Under the pieces are notes generated by a model, which saw only the letters and a program-made list of their open reading frames with translations, made no database searches and was not told the DNA's origin. Below are positions 17,808 through 28,545 of a DNA stretch of 64,000 nt, in pieces (positions within the stretch are counted from its first letter, which is position 1; every line of letters begins with the position of its first letter). The translations under genes and the position numbers were made by a program. The stretch lies in IMG/VR virus record IMGVR_UViG_3300030106_002045; one strand, 5' to 3'. The stretch comes from an uncultured virus (IMG/VR IMGVR_UViG_3300030106_002045) (Duplodnaviria; Heunggongvirae; Uroviricota; Caudoviricetes).

Positions 17808-19305
17808 AAGCCTCTTTTTTAATTTCTGGTTGTGTAAACTGTTCAGTTTGCATTTCAAAGTTAGGAACAGACCAAGTGTTTAAAAATTTTCCTTTAACTT
17901 TTTTAGAATCATGTTCTGCGCCTAAATTTTTTAGATAAGCAGTAATTTCATTTAATTTAAATTCTTTAAATCTATGTCTATCTAAAAATTCCATAAAATC
18001 ATTAATTCTAAACTCTGTAACTTTCTCGTGTATTATTGATTTACCACGCAATATATCTTCTATATCACTAGATGACGTTGAACCAGTACAAAATTTTTCT
18101 AATAAATCAAATAATCTACCTTCATTACTACTATCTTTTGGTGCTTCAACAGGTATAACTCTTGACATTAAATCATTAACTGTTTCAGTCCATAATTTAT
18201 CATTTATTTTTGGTAATAACATATCTAAATTTTCGAAAACTACTTGTTTAAAATCTAAAAAATTATATATTTGTTTACTAGATAGAGGACCAATTTTTTT
18301 TTCTGATAGTGTTAAAAAATATTGTGGTGGATTTGTTAAAATTTTAGTAACACTATTTAATACAGGCATAGTGCCATCATCATTAATACCAAATTCGCAA
18401 GTTATACATTTAGTTTTATTACAAACAGAATTTATTGGACTATCTTTACATTTATAATTATATGTTTTTTTATCTAAACTTTCTAACACTGTTGTAAATT
18501 CTCTAGGTTTAAGTGGAGGATCAATGTAGTCATCATTATATTGTTCTAATTTATCTTGCCATTCTTCAGGAAACCTTTTTCTTAAATATACGCCTATATT
18601 AAATAATCCATTGTTTCTACTACCTTCTCCTAAAGCACCTTGAGAAAGTAAATCTTGTAGACAAGGTGGACCACCTGGTAAAATTTCGTTGGATTTATTA
18701 AGTTTTTTTATAAAAGTTAGATCCAGAGATTCCAATGAATCTAAAGAAAATTTATCTACCCATTTAATAAAGTGATCAAGACTTAAAGCTGAACCATCAT
18801 ATACTGCATATCTATCAGTATTATCTCCTTGAAAATATGGCATATTTAACCAACTACCAACATCTGTACTATCTAATAATTTAGTTTGTTGAGGTCTTAA
18901 ATCGTATTTTATAAAACCAAATGCTTTTGCTATGTCTTTAAGTTTTTCGATCATAGATTTAGCACTTACAAATTTTTTAGTAAATATAAATATATGTGCA
19001 CCACCTGATTTTGATCTACAAACTATTAAATTTTTTTTTACGAATTGTTTAGAAATTTTTTCTATGTTAACTGAATAGTCATCTACATCTAGACAACCCC
19101 ATTTACATTTATTATCTTCGTTTATAGGAACAACACCTAAACCGTTTTTACCGGACAGATGATGTTCCCATAATTCTTTTTTATATTCTTCTCTAATAGT
19201 TTTTCCATAGCCATCAAGCTTAGGTCCTTTTCTTTCTGTAACAAAGAAAAGACCATAAGCCCGATTTAAGCCTGGAAATATCCTATAAAGATTTTCTACA
19301 GACAT
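17800..19305 (-). CDS. primase (AEP-like with PriCT-type domain)
   Basis: WGCLDVD, RSKSGGAH, GPPCL...GEGSRNNGLF, Cys cluster; lies in the replication module. Confidence 0.75.
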   Translation of the reverse strand: MSVENLYRIFPGLNRAYGLFFVTERKGPKLDGYGKTIREEYKKELWEHHLSGKNGLGVVPINEDNKCKWGCLDVDDYSVNIEKISKQFVKKNLIVCRSKSGGAHIFIFTKKFVSAKSMIEKLKDIAKAFGFIKYDLRPQQTKLLDSTDVGSWLNMPYFQGDNTDRYAVYDGSALSLDHFIKWVDKFSLDSLESLDLTFIKKLNKSNEILPGGPPCLQDLLSQGALGEGSRNNGLFNIGVYLRKRFPEEWQDKLEQYNDDYIDPPLKPREFTTVLESLDKKTYNYKCKDSPINSVCNKTKCITCEFGINDDGTMPVLNSVTKILTNPPQYFLTLSEKKIGPLSSKQIYNFLDFKQVVFENLDMLLPKINDKLWTETVNDLMSRVIPVEAPKDSSNEGRLFDLLEKFCTGSTSSSDIEDILRGKSIIHEKVTEFRINDFMEFLDRHRFKEFKLNEITAYLKNLGAEHDSKKVKGKFLNTWSVPNFEMQTEQFTQPEIKKEAYE

Positions 19306-19307
19306 AC

Positions 19308-20081
19308 TTAAAATGGTGTTTTTGTATCATCTGTACTTGTATCAGCATTAATTGGTTCTGATGCTTTTACTTTTCCTTGAGTAACTGAATCAGCAAGAGT
19401 TTCGGCTTCTTTAAAAACATCTTTGCTTTCAATCATACCTATTTCTTCTAATTTATATTTATGCCAATTACCCAAATCATTTTCTGCTTCAACAGTAGAT
19501 AACGCAAATTCAAAAAGAAAAGAAGGCGCCTCTACAGTTTGGCCCTTTACATTAATTCTTTTCATTTTTAAAAGTGTATTCCATTTTCTTGAAACAGATA
19601 AATTACTAGATGTCATAGTTAAAACAGCAGGACTATATGAATCTTTGCTAGTTTTTACTAAAACAAAATGTTCTGCTGTATCAACAATTTGATTTTCGCC
19701 TAACATTGATTTTCTAGTTTTAGGATCTGTAGTAGTACCTTCAGGTTTAGAATCATGTACTTCTACAAGACCTCCACCTTTATCTCTTGGTACCCACTCT
19801 ACATATGTTTTTCTATAACCACAAGGTATTACTTCTATCTTTTCATAAACCTCATTAGTTACAGTATTAAATATCATACCCTCCTCTGCACCTTCAATGT
19901 ATTTCTCATCTTTCTTCTTACGTTGAGGTGAGCCAGATTGTATGATCGCTAGTCTAGGTATAGTAATGTCATCGTTACTAACATTTTGTAAACCCTTACC
20001 AGCATTTTTTACTATCAAATCAGCATTTATATTACCAATAGATAATTCGCTGTTTGATTTTTTTACCATCTTATCACTCAT
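19308..20081 (-). CDS. putative ssDNA-binding/annealing protein
   Basis: IPRL.I.Q..SPQ, YVEW.PR..GGG, acidic tail ending in PF typical of SSBs. Confidence 0.65.
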   Translation of the reverse strand: MSDKMVKKSNSELSIGNINADLIVKNAGKGLQNVSNDDITIPRLAIIQSGSPQRKKKDEKYIEGAEEGMIFNTVTNEVYEKIEVIPCGYRKTYVEWVPRDKGGGLVEVHDSKPEGTTTDPKTRKSMLGENQIVDTAEHFVLVKTSKDSYSPAVLTMTSSNLSVSRKWNTLLKMKRINVKGQTVEAPSFLFEFALSTVEAENDLGNWHKYKLEEIGMIESKDVFKEAETLADSVTQGKVKASEPINADTSTDDTKTPF

Positions 20082-20665
20082 TATTTCTCCTTTCCGAGTG
20101 TTACTTTTGCAATAGAAGCTTCATAAACATTAAAATATTCTTCTGGTAAAGTTTCTCCTAATGAATATCTTTCTTTTGCAAATGTTTTTAAAGTTTGAGG
20201 ATGAACACTACTTTTTTCGTCATAAGGTATATTCTTAAAATTTTTAGATAATACCTTTATTAACTTATCAGCTTGATCATACTCGCCTTTAGCAAAACTA
20301 ACTTTAACATCATGTTTAATTAGTCCTGCGTGTCCTTCTTTTTCTAACCAAGATAAAGCTTTTGATAACTTATCTTTTGGAATAGAGCAGAAGATTTCAT
20401 CTTTGACTTTAATTTGACTTCCGTCTTTTAAATCAAATCTAGTCATACCATTACAGGCTTGCATAGCATCTGGTAGTTCTCTTTCTTCAATCTCTCTTAT
20501 TTCAGCTTTGAGTTTTTTTAATCTTTCCTCTTCAGCTTCAAGATTTCTTTTTTTATCTACCAACTTGTTTCCAATAGCTGTAACAGTTTCTAAACCTACT
20601 GGTTCAAGTTTTTTCTTTTTGTGCTTTTCCACAGCATCAAATATCCAAGTTTTTTTCTTAGACAT
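20081..20665 (-). CDS. conserved phage replication-module protein (coiled coil)
   Basis: LPDAM, WL...GH..LIK, VHPQTLK.F; start moved to MSKKK after the AGAAAGGAG SD. Confidence 0.7.
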   Translation of the reverse strand: MSKKKTWIFDAVEKHKKKKLEPVGLETVTAIGNKLVDKKRNLEAEEERLKKLKAEIREIEERELPDAMQACNGMTRFDLKDGSQIKVKDEIFCSIPKDKLSKALSWLEKEGHAGLIKHDVKVSFAKGEYDQADKLIKVLSKNFKNIPYDEKSSVHPQTLKTFAKERYSLGETLPEEYFNVYEASIAKVTLGKEK

Positions 20666-20987
20666 CACTTTCTCCTTTCTGATAATAGTCAATAAATACA
20701 TTATAATAGGCTTTATTTTCTCTATCCCATTTAAGTATATTTACTTTACCATTATTATTATCTGAGGCTGCAATTGCTGCTATACCAATTGCAACTGGAT
20801 CACCCATAGCAAGTATAAAATCTTTATCACTATAATCTTTTAATTTAGATTTTAACAACCTTACTACAGGAGCAGATGACAATGTAATTTGTTTACCTGG
20901 TTTTAATAGAGGTATAAGCTCTCCATAATGACCAGCCGCAAGAATATTTACATTTGGATTTTCTTGCACTACAAAAACTCTCGCCAT
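20658..20987 (-). CDS. conserved hypothetical protein
   Basis: VFVVQE...A..YGE...DFIL..GDP...LKWDR. Confidence 0.75.
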   Translation of the reverse strand: MARVFVVQENPNVNILAAGHYGELIPLLKPGKQITLSSAPVVRLLKSKLKDYSDKDFILAMGDPVAIGIAAIAASDNNNGKVNILKWDRENKAYYNVFIDYYQKGESDV

Positions 20988-21010
20988 ATTTTCTCCTTTC
21001 TCATTTTTAG

Positions 21011-21048
21011 ATTTACTTATAAAGTAAATTATATATAAAGTAAATTAT
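21011..21048. promoter_or_regulatory. divergent promoter region with a palindrome and 15-bp direct repeats
   Basis: atttactt-ata-aagtaaat (21011-21029); tataaagtaaattat at 21018 and 21034; lies between divergent genes. Confidence 0.55.
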
Positions 21049-21071
21049 TATTTAGAAAACAGAAAGAGTAT

Positions 21072-22553
21072 ATGCAAGTAAAATTTATAGACCAAAAAAA
21101 ATTTTTAAAATATAATTTTAAAACAAAACCTTACCAACATCAGTATGATGCTTTTATTAAAAGCAAAGATAAAGATAGTTATGCTTTATTCATGGAACAA
21201 GGTACAGGTAAGTCTAAAGTTATTATTGATAATATTGCTTATCTTTATCGTAAAGGTAGTATTGATACTGCTATTATTGCTGCTCCTAAAGGTGTGTATC
21301 GTAATTGGCATGCTTCAGAATTTAAAACTCATATGCCCGAAGATGTTGTTAGTTTTACAGATTTATGTATTTGGAATCCTGTCGAAACTAAAACTAATGT
21401 TGACAAATTAATTGAGTTTTTAAAACCATCTGTTAAATTAAAATTTTTTATAATTAACATAGAAGCTTTATCTACCGATAAAGGCAAAAATTATTTACAC
21501 AGATTACTTAATTCTGGTAAATGTTTTTTATGTATAGACGAAAGTACCAATATAAAAAATAGAACAGCAAGAAGAACTAAAGCATGTCTTAAATTAGGTA
21601 GATTAGCAAAATATAGAAGAATATTAACTGGTACACCTGTGACGCAAGGTCCATTAGATTTATGGTCTCAAATAAATTTCTTAGATGAATACATATTACA
21701 AAATAGTTTCTATGCTTACAGAAATACTTTTTGTGTTATTCAAAGACGAAGATTATCTTCACATAGTTTTGACGAAGTAGTAGGTTATCAAAGACTTGAT
21801 GAACTACAAAAAATACTAGATAAACATTCTTTTAGAGTAACTAAAGAAGAATGTTTAGATTTACCAGCTAAATTACGTCAAATAAGACATATCGACATGA
21901 CGCCGGCTCAAAGGCGCATGTACGCACTACTTAAAAAACGTGCTATACTAGAACTAGAACGTGAAAAATTAGTGACTGCGCCTCTTATTATCACACGAAT
22001 ACTTAGATTACAGCAGATATTATGTGGTTTTGTTAAAACTGATGATGGAATCATAGAAAATATACAAGGTGAAAATCCAAGAATAAATGAGCTTATGGAT
22101 GTAATAGAAGAAACTCAAGGTAACATTATAATATGGGCAACATATCGTAATTCTATTAAATTGATCCGTGATACTCTGGCTAAAAAATATGGTGCTAATA
22201 AAGTTGCAACATACTTTGGCGATACACCATCAGAAGAAAGACAAAACATTGTAGAGAAATTTCAAAAAGGTCAGATTAGATTTTTTGTAGGACAACCTAG
22301 AACTGGAGGTTATGGTCTAACTTTAACTAATGCTAAAACTGTTATTTATTTTAATAATACTTATGATATGGAAGTTAGATTACAATCAGAAGATAGAGCA
22401 CATAGAATTGGTCAAAAAGATAAAGTCTTATATATAGATTTTGTTTGTCCTAAAACTCTTGATGAGAAAATTATTAAAACATTAAATACTAAGAAAAAAT
22501 TAGCAGATCAAATAACTGGAGATAATTGGAAAGAATTATTTAAAGAAATTTAA
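21072..22553 (+). CDS. SNF2-family (SF2) helicase
   Basis: MEQGTGKS, IDES, LTGTP, GGYGLTLT, QSEDRAHRIGQ; the only credible plus-strand gene. Confidence 0.93.
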   Translation: MQVKFIDQKKFLKYNFKTKPYQHQYDAFIKSKDKDSYALFMEQGTGKSKVIIDNIAYLYRKGSIDTAIIAAPKGVYRNWHASEFKTHMPEDVVSFTDLCIWNPVETKTNVDKLIEFLKPSVKLKFFIINIEALSTDKGKNYLHRLLNSGKCFLCIDESTNIKNRTARRTKACLKLGRLAKYRRILTGTPVTQGPLDLWSQINFLDEYILQNSFYAYRNTFCVIQRRRLSSHSFDEVVGYQRLDELQKILDKHSFRVTKEECLDLPAKLRQIRHIDMTPAQRRMYALLKKRAILELEREKLVTAPLIITRILRLQQILCGFVKTDDGIIENIQGENPRINELMDVIEETQGNIIIWATYRNSIKLIRDTLAKKYGANKVATYFGDTPSEERQNIVEKFQKGQIRFFVGQPRTGGYGLTLTNAKTVIYFNNTYDMEVRLQSEDRAHRIGQKDKVLYIDFVCPKTLDEKIIKTLNTKKKLADQITGDNWKELFKEI

Positions 22554-22626
22554 TCTTTACATTTAGATTTACATCTACATCTTTTTCCAAAGATTTTTTC
22601 TATAAGTTTATGTAAAAATTTTTTAA

Positions 22627-23016
22627 TCATTTCTTTTTAATAATATCTGCACCTTTTAAACCATAGATAGCTGAAACTACACCAATAAACAATGCTTGAT
22701 ACCAAAATGGCATATTGTTAAATTTATCAAAAAACATATCTACCTTTTCCATTATATTAGGATCATCACTAAATATAGACCATATCAATAACATGACAGG
22801 CGCCGACACCAATATTAAAACAAACTCGTCCTTCCATCCCTGTTGATTATTTTGTATTACTGCTTTTTTATATTCTAATTCTCCAGACGCCATACGTTCT
22901 GCATGTTTCATTTCTGCAACTGATTCTAGCTCTCTAGTCTTTCTTCTATTAGAAGCAATAGACATACCAGTTTTAATCATTCCGGGAACTAACTTTGCTG
23001 CAATATTAAGCCACAT
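22627..23016 (-). CDS. putative holin
   Basis: WKDEF followed by two hydrophobic segments; adjacent to the amidase. Confidence 0.65.
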   Translation of the reverse strand: MWLNIAAKLVPGMIKTGMSIASNRRKTRELESVAEMKHAERMASGELEYKKAVIQNNQQGWKDEFVLILVSAPVMLLIWSIFSDDPNIMEKVDMFFDKFNNMPFWYQALFIGVVSAIYGLKGADIIKKK

Positions 23017-23449
23017 TAATATTCTCTTTGTTTAACCATTCTTTTAAATTAAAACCGGGACAATTTGGTTTATTATCTTGTACATCACAATGTCCTACTA
23101 TTTCTACTATTTGAGAATTAGTTTTTTTTAATTTTATTATTAATTCTTTCAAAGATATAAATTGCTCTAATGTAAAATTATTTTCTGGTCCGCCATCTTG
23201 TGCCATACCGCCTACAATGCAAATACCTATGCTTCTTGAATTTACTGCTGGAGCATGTGCACCTTGAAAACTTTCAGGTCTAGCTACCTCTGTTTTACCA
23301 TCACGTCTTATAATGTAATGATAACCAACATCATCCCAGCCTCTATCTTCTACGTGCCATTTACGAATTTCTTTGTAACCAATATCCATTGTTGCTTTAG
23401 TTGCAGCACAATGAACTACAATCATATCTGTTTTTTTTCTTAATTCCAT
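23006..23449 (-). CDS. N-acetylmuramoyl-L-alanine amidase (T7 lysozyme-like endolysin)
   Basis: IVVHCAAT, GW.DVGYHY.I, GAHA, SIGIC, GH.D...CPGF. Confidence 0.93.
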   Translation of the reverse strand: MELRKKTDMIVVHCAATKATMDIGYKEIRKWHVEDRGWDDVGYHYIIRRDGKTEVARPESFQGAHAPAVNSRSIGICIVGGMAQDGGPENNFTLEQFISLKELIIKLKKTNSQIVEIVGHCDVQDNKPNCPGFNLKEWLNKENINVA

Positions 23450-23736
23450 ATTGCTTTTCTTTTCGGCACTATTCTACATTTTTTATTTTGTAAGTCTACA
23501 GATAAAATATGTATTCGTTTGTCTTTAATTCTAGGAGAACGAGCTATTATACTTCCGTCTTTTCTTTTACCTAACATTTTTACATCAAAATATTTATGTT
23601 CTAAAGTTTTAGGATCCACGGCAATTAAATCAATTGCACAATGTGTTTGACTACCTTTAAATACATAATAACCTTGATCTTGTAACCATACTACTGCTAA
23701 ATTTTCACAAAGACAACCTTTGTTTTTTTTAATCAT
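23440..23736 (-). CDS. Hjc-like PD-(D/E)xK nuclease / resolvase
   Basis: KG...E......L...GY.VF......IDLIA......DVK. Confidence 0.65.
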   Translation of the reverse strand: MIKKNKGCLCENLAVVWLQDQGYYVFKGSQTHCAIDLIAVDPKTLEHKYFDVKMLGKRKDGSIIARSPRIKDKRIHILSVDLQNKKCRIVPKRKAIWN

Positions 23737-23944
23737 TTATTATAAGTTGTATTAAAGTAGATCCTAAACCTGTCATTATTAAAGCTGCTGCACCTATAAG
23801 TATTTTTTCTAATCTAGAAATTTGTTTAGCCAAACCTTCTATTTTATCATGAGTTTCTTTTTGCATTATTCTACATAACTTTTCGTGATTATCTATACGA
23901 ATATGTGCCGTTGTGGCTGTAGTTATTTTTTTTTTAGTTGCCAT
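23729..23944 (-). CDS. small membrane protein (coiled coil plus C-terminal TM)
   Basis: RID.HEK.C...RLEKILIGAAALIM; start set at MATKK. Confidence 0.6.
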   Translation of the reverse strand: MATKKKITTATTAHIRIDNHEKLCRIMQKETHDKIEGLAKQISRLEKILIGAAALIMTGLGSTLIQLIIND

Positions 23945-26900
23945 ATTTCTCTTCAAATTCCTCTTTTTCAAAATCTCTTTCTTTTTCTTCTTCAGCTCCG
24001 GATACAGCTTCTTTAACAAATGTACCACCTTTTCCTAATTTTTTAAATACAGATTGCAAGGCTTCTATCGCAAATTTACCTGATATATCGATCGGATAAA
24101 ATACATCGGCATTATTTTCCATATCATCCATTCCTCTTACTTCTTCATACTTATCTTTTGCATATTCTTTATAAACCATAGGATTTCTTAAAGGATTACC
24201 AGTAAACATTTTTCTCGCACCCATGCCTCTGTTAAATCCAAAATTAGCAAAATCTATTAGGTTATCTGCAGTTGCATATTTTGATAAAGCTTTAGCTATG
24301 CCTTGGCTATTATCAACTTTAATTTTTTTTAAAACTTTATCTATTAAAGTAGCTCTTTTATTAATTCCCATATTATCCATAAATCTAGGATAATTACCAC
24401 CTAGAAAATTTTTCTTTGCTGCCTCTAAAAATTTTCCGTAATCAGTAAATAAAAATAAGTTGTCAGAATTAATTTTAAATAAATCCATTATACGTGCAAC
24501 TCTATTTAAAATTAATCTTTTATGATTTAATGGTCCTGCAAATATATCAACAAACAATCCAGCTTGATTAGCAACATCAGTTATTCCTTTGCCGCCTGCT
24601 ATTGATCCACGTTCCAATGGTTCTTGTAACATTCTTAGAACATTACCCATTTCTAAAAATGTATCATAAAAATTATCATTATATAATTGTTTAATTGATC
24701 CTCTATTTTTTCTCATAAAATCTAATAATCTTTCTCCATTAATTGATTCTGTAGATTTGTATATATATCCACCTGCTTTACCTGTACCAGTTGCGCTATC
24801 CATCATTTCATTTAAAAATAATGTTCTGATATTTGCTTTACTTGTATCTGGTAATGCCGCCATTAAAGCTGTTATATTTTTTTTATTAGAACTTTCGATT
24901 ATATGTTTTACAATTTGACCTGGTGCTGAATTATTAATTACGTCTACACTCAAACCAGGTAATGCTTTAGCAATGGCAGTGTTTTGGTCTAATCTAAAAC
25001 TTTGTGCATTTTCATAACCTTTTACTACTTTGTTTGCCTTTTTAAAAAATGTATTATATTCTTGTTTACCTAAGATAGATTCATAGTTTTTACCAAATTT
25101 CTTAATAAACTCGTCATGTGACATTTTCTGTACACCCTCTTTTGGAAATACATTATTAAAATAATTTCTATATAAAGAATTTTTTACAGTTAATGTAGTT
25201 GACTCTGGAAAAAATTTACTTGTTATTAATTCACCAAGTTCCATAGCATTTTGTCTTGCTACATTTGAATCATCAACAAATTTTTTAAATAAACTTTCTG
25301 ATTCTGCAGCAAGTTTTTTACCAGATACCATTTCTGAAAAATTAGTTCTATTAGCGCCTGCACCAAAATCATTACCCCAATTTTTAAATATATTATTTTG
25401 TTTTTGTCCAATTAATTTTATTTGATCTTTAAAGGCTTGTGCTACATTGTCAGGTCCTTTTATTAAATTATTTTGAATTATTTCATTCATTTGTCCTTGT
25501 ATTTGAGTATAAACACCTTGTGCTCTACCTGTTGATGTTTCTCTTAAAAGATTGATTGCATTTTTCATTGCATATATATCTTTTAATGTTAGTTTTCTTT
25601 GTTTTTGTAAAGTAGTAAAACCTTCGATTAAGGTTTTAAAATCTTTTGATGTTTCTGCTAAACCTGTTTTATCAAATACTTTTCTTAAAGCAATTAATTT
25701 ATTTTTACTAATTACATCTTTATATGTTTTCGCAGTTTTAGCTGGTACACGTCTTAAATCACCTTTTGGAAAAACATCAAATTCAAAAAACTTTTTGTCT
25801 TTTTGAATTAATTTTATAACAGGTGTCATACCCTCTAAATCAATAGGTCCTTTATAAGCTGTTACATAATCATCTATGACGTTGTCAACCTCTGTTAATC
25901 TTCCTTGTAAAGCTCTATAACTATCGTCAATAGTAATACCAAATCTATCTAATAAATCTGTTGCAGCATCCCCTATAGTATCTTTTTCTAATTTTAAAAC
26001 ATCATCTGTTTTACTTACTGCTTCTAATTCAGCTTTATTTAATGCTGCACGTGATACAGATTTAACTTCTGATTCTGCTGCATCAATTATTAAATCTGCT
26101 GTAGTATTATCGACATTTCTTAATCCTGTTGTTCTTTTAATTATTTTATCTTCTACTGTTTTAAATGTTGCTCTTGTTTTAATACTCTCTACTTCATCAG
26201 CGATAAGACCTTTTGCAATTCTAGATTTTTTTTGTAATACAGGTGATTCTATTAATGCTTTACCTAAACTTACAGCAAAATAATCATTTGCTTCTTGTTC
26301 TGTTAAATTAAAATTTTTTTGAAATTTATTTTTTACTTTAGTAACTTTATTTAAAACTTCATTATTTGTTTTTCCTTTTGCTTCTACATATTCTTTTAAT
26401 GTATTAGAGCTTAAAGAGTTCTTACCAAGTATTGTTGGTAATACTAATTTAGCAGCACCTAAAAAAGCAGTTGTTGCTACAGCATCTAATGCACCATATC
26501 TAACCGCTGCATCTTTAGCAACTTGTTCAAATTCTTCTGCTGTATACATATCATTTTGTAAACCTAATTTATGATAACCATACATTAATCTTGCATACTC
26601 TGCTAAAGCACCAGAAAAAGCAGAACCAGCAACTGTACCAACAGGGCCTCCAGCACTTCCCATAGTACCACCAACAATTGATGCAACTATTGGCATAGTA
26701 TCAGCTGCCGCATCAGCAAAATCTCTAATACCTATTTGTGGAGAATCAACAGCTGCATAAAAACCAGTTCCTCCTAATTCTTTTGGAATTCTATAAATTA
26801 AACCTTGATCTTCTTCTCCACCAAATTTTAAATTTTGATATTTAACTTCAATACCTTCAGCATATTTATTTATTGTGTCAATATCATAATTTTGTTTTAA

Positions 26901-27338
26901 ACTATCAATAATTAATTTTTTAAAATTTCTTTCTTGTGCTTGAGGATTATTTAATCCAAATCTAGCTAAATATCTTATACTTGAATTTAATTCTGTATCT
27001 TTACCAGCAGCAATACCATTTGATTCAAATAAATCTTTACCAGAAATATATCCAGCATCTTGTTCTACACCAACTTCATCAATTTGTACTTGATCCATTG
27101 ATTTTTTTGCTCTTTCAGAAGCTGGTGAAATTAAATCAATGTTTAATCCATTACTAGCAAGAATTGATGCATCAGTTGATTGCTCAGAAGAAGTATCTAG
27201 TTTAGGAAATAAATCTGCGGATGTACCTTCGAATTCACCAGTTACAATTTTAAATGCGTCCTCTGGCTTTACATTATTTGATAATAATGTATCGAAATCT
27301 TTTTGTTGTTCTTCATTAAGTTTAGTTTTATCTGCCAC
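23934..27338 (-). CDS. large internal virion/ejection protein
   Basis: 1134 aa, helical, with a Gly/Ala-rich hydrophobic stretch; last of three ejection-type genes. Confidence 0.6.
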   Translation of the reverse strand: MADKTKLNEEQQKDFDTLLSNNVKPEDAFKIVTGEFEGTSADLFPKLDTSSEQSTDASILASNGLNIDLISPASERAKKSMDQVQIDEVGVEQDAGYISGKDLFESNGIAAGKDTELNSSIRYLARFGLNNPQAQERNFKKLIIDSLKQNYDIDTINKYAEGIEVKYQNLKFGGEEDQGLIYRIPKELGGTGFYAAVDSPQIGIRDFADAAADTMPIVASIVGGTMGSAGGPVGTVAGSAFSGALAEYARLMYGYHKLGLQNDMYTAEEFEQVAKDAAVRYGALDAVATTAFLGAAKLVLPTILGKNSLSSNTLKEYVEAKGKTNNEVLNKVTKVKNKFQKNFNLTEQEANDYFAVSLGKALIESPVLQKKSRIAKGLIADEVESIKTRATFKTVEDKIIKRTTGLRNVDNTTADLIIDAAESEVKSVSRAALNKAELEAVSKTDDVLKLEKDTIGDAATDLLDRFGITIDDSYRALQGRLTEVDNVIDDYVTAYKGPIDLEGMTPVIKLIQKDKKFFEFDVFPKGDLRRVPAKTAKTYKDVISKNKLIALRKVFDKTGLAETSKDFKTLIEGFTTLQKQRKLTLKDIYAMKNAINLLRETSTGRAQGVYTQIQGQMNEIIQNNLIKGPDNVAQAFKDQIKLIGQKQNNIFKNWGNDFGAGANRTNFSEMVSGKKLAAESESLFKKFVDDSNVARQNAMELGELITSKFFPESTTLTVKNSLYRNYFNNVFPKEGVQKMSHDEFIKKFGKNYESILGKQEYNTFFKKANKVVKGYENAQSFRLDQNTAIAKALPGLSVDVINNSAPGQIVKHIIESSNKKNITALMAALPDTSKANIRTLFLNEMMDSATGTGKAGGYIYKSTESINGERLLDFMRKNRGSIKQLYNDNFYDTFLEMGNVLRMLQEPLERGSIAGGKGITDVANQAGLFVDIFAGPLNHKRLILNRVARIMDLFKINSDNLFLFTDYGKFLEAAKKNFLGGNYPRFMDNMGINKRATLIDKVLKKIKVDNSQGIAKALSKYATADNLIDFANFGFNRGMGARKMFTGNPLRNPMVYKEYAKDKYEEVRGMDDMENNADVFYPIDISGKFAIEALQSVFKKLGKGGTFVKEAVSGAEEEKERDFEKEEFEEKYGN

Positions 27339-27339
27339 A

Positions 27340-28545
27340 TTAATTCTCTTTTTTCTTTTGATTTTTTTCTATAATACTATCAACAGTTTTCATTTTATCT
27401 GCTTCACCTTCTAAAAATTTTTCCCAAGAACTTCCTTCGTAATTTTTATCAGCTTTAATATTTTTATAATTAAAAGCTTGTATAACTCTAAAATCATTTC
27501 TATCTGTATTACCATATAATTCTTTTAATAACTCATCAGAAACTTGATCATTATATTCTGCTGCTAATTCTTTAGCTGCTGCATCCATAGCATTTTTTTT
27601 AAAATTAACATCTCCTTTTAAATCTCCTCCAGGAAAAGCAAGACTTTGTGCTTTATCAAAAGCAAGAGTTTCTATATCAGCTAAAGCTTTTTCAGAAGAT
27701 AGTAATACTTTTAATGCACCTGTATTTGTTTCTAAACTACCTTGTCCTTTTAATAATATATTAATGTCTGCGTTAGATACTGGATATAAATCTTTTACTT
27801 TAGATAATATTCTTGTTTTTGAAGTAGAATCAAATATTTGTTTTAGTTTTACAATTTCCTCTGCGCTTGGTACATATTTTTTATTGTCTGCTTTAGACTG
27901 TCTATATCTTGTAATAACATCTCCATATCCTAAACCGATTGCAATTTCTTCTAGAGGTAAAAAGAAATCTTCCATTATACCAGTGATATCATAGTTTTTA
28001 GATTTTAACAAAGTATTATAAGCTGTCTCTGTCGCTTGATAACCTGCTTTGCTTTTATCATAATTGTCTGAATATTTATCATATGCTTTTAAAATATATT
28101 CTTCATCTATTGGTCTATATCTTCTTTCTTTACCTGTATTTAATGCTTTTATTCTGTCTGTTAGAGCTTTACTTTCTTGTAATTCTAATGCTTTAGCAGC
28201 AAGCATACCTTTTTTCTGTCCTTTTGCTAATTTAGCAATTGGAGATGAAGCTTGAGTAATTGGAGTGTAACTTCCAGCTTCTATTATTGTTTCTAACCCT
28301 GATAAAAAATTTCTTCTTTTAGAATCATCATCATATATTTCATCTAATTTTTTTGAAGTAGTTTCTCCAAGAGAAGAAAAAGCATCGCCAACTGCAGAGA
28401 AAAAACCTTTTTTTTCTTTTTCGTTGCCATCACCAGATAAACTATCACCTTCATCTAATGATTTATCTTCTACTTTTTTGTTTTCGTTTTCTAGTGCTTT
28501 ACCAGTAACTTCAACTTCAACTTTTTCTAAATCTTCTGCTGCCAT
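27340..28545 (-). CDS. putative internal virion/ejection protein
   Basis: 401-aa helical protein between ejection-type genes. Confidence 0.55.
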   Translation of the reverse strand: MAAEDLEKVEVEVTGKALENENKKVEDKSLDEGDSLSGDGNEKEKKGFFSAVGDAFSSLGETTSKKLDEIYDDDSKRRNFLSGLETIIEAGSYTPITQASSPIAKLAKGQKKGMLAAKALELQESKALTDRIKALNTGKERRYRPIDEEYILKAYDKYSDNYDKSKAGYQATETAYNTLLKSKNYDITGIMEDFFLPLEEIAIGLGYGDVITRYRQSKADNKKYVPSAEEIVKLKQIFDSTSKTRILSKVKDLYPVSNADINILLKGQGSLETNTGALKVLLSSEKALADIETLAFDKAQSLAFPGGDLKGDVNFKKNAMDAAAKELAAEYNDQVSDELLKELYGNTDRNDFRVIQAFNYKNIKADKNYEGSSWEKFLEGEADKMKTVDSIIEKNQKKKEN

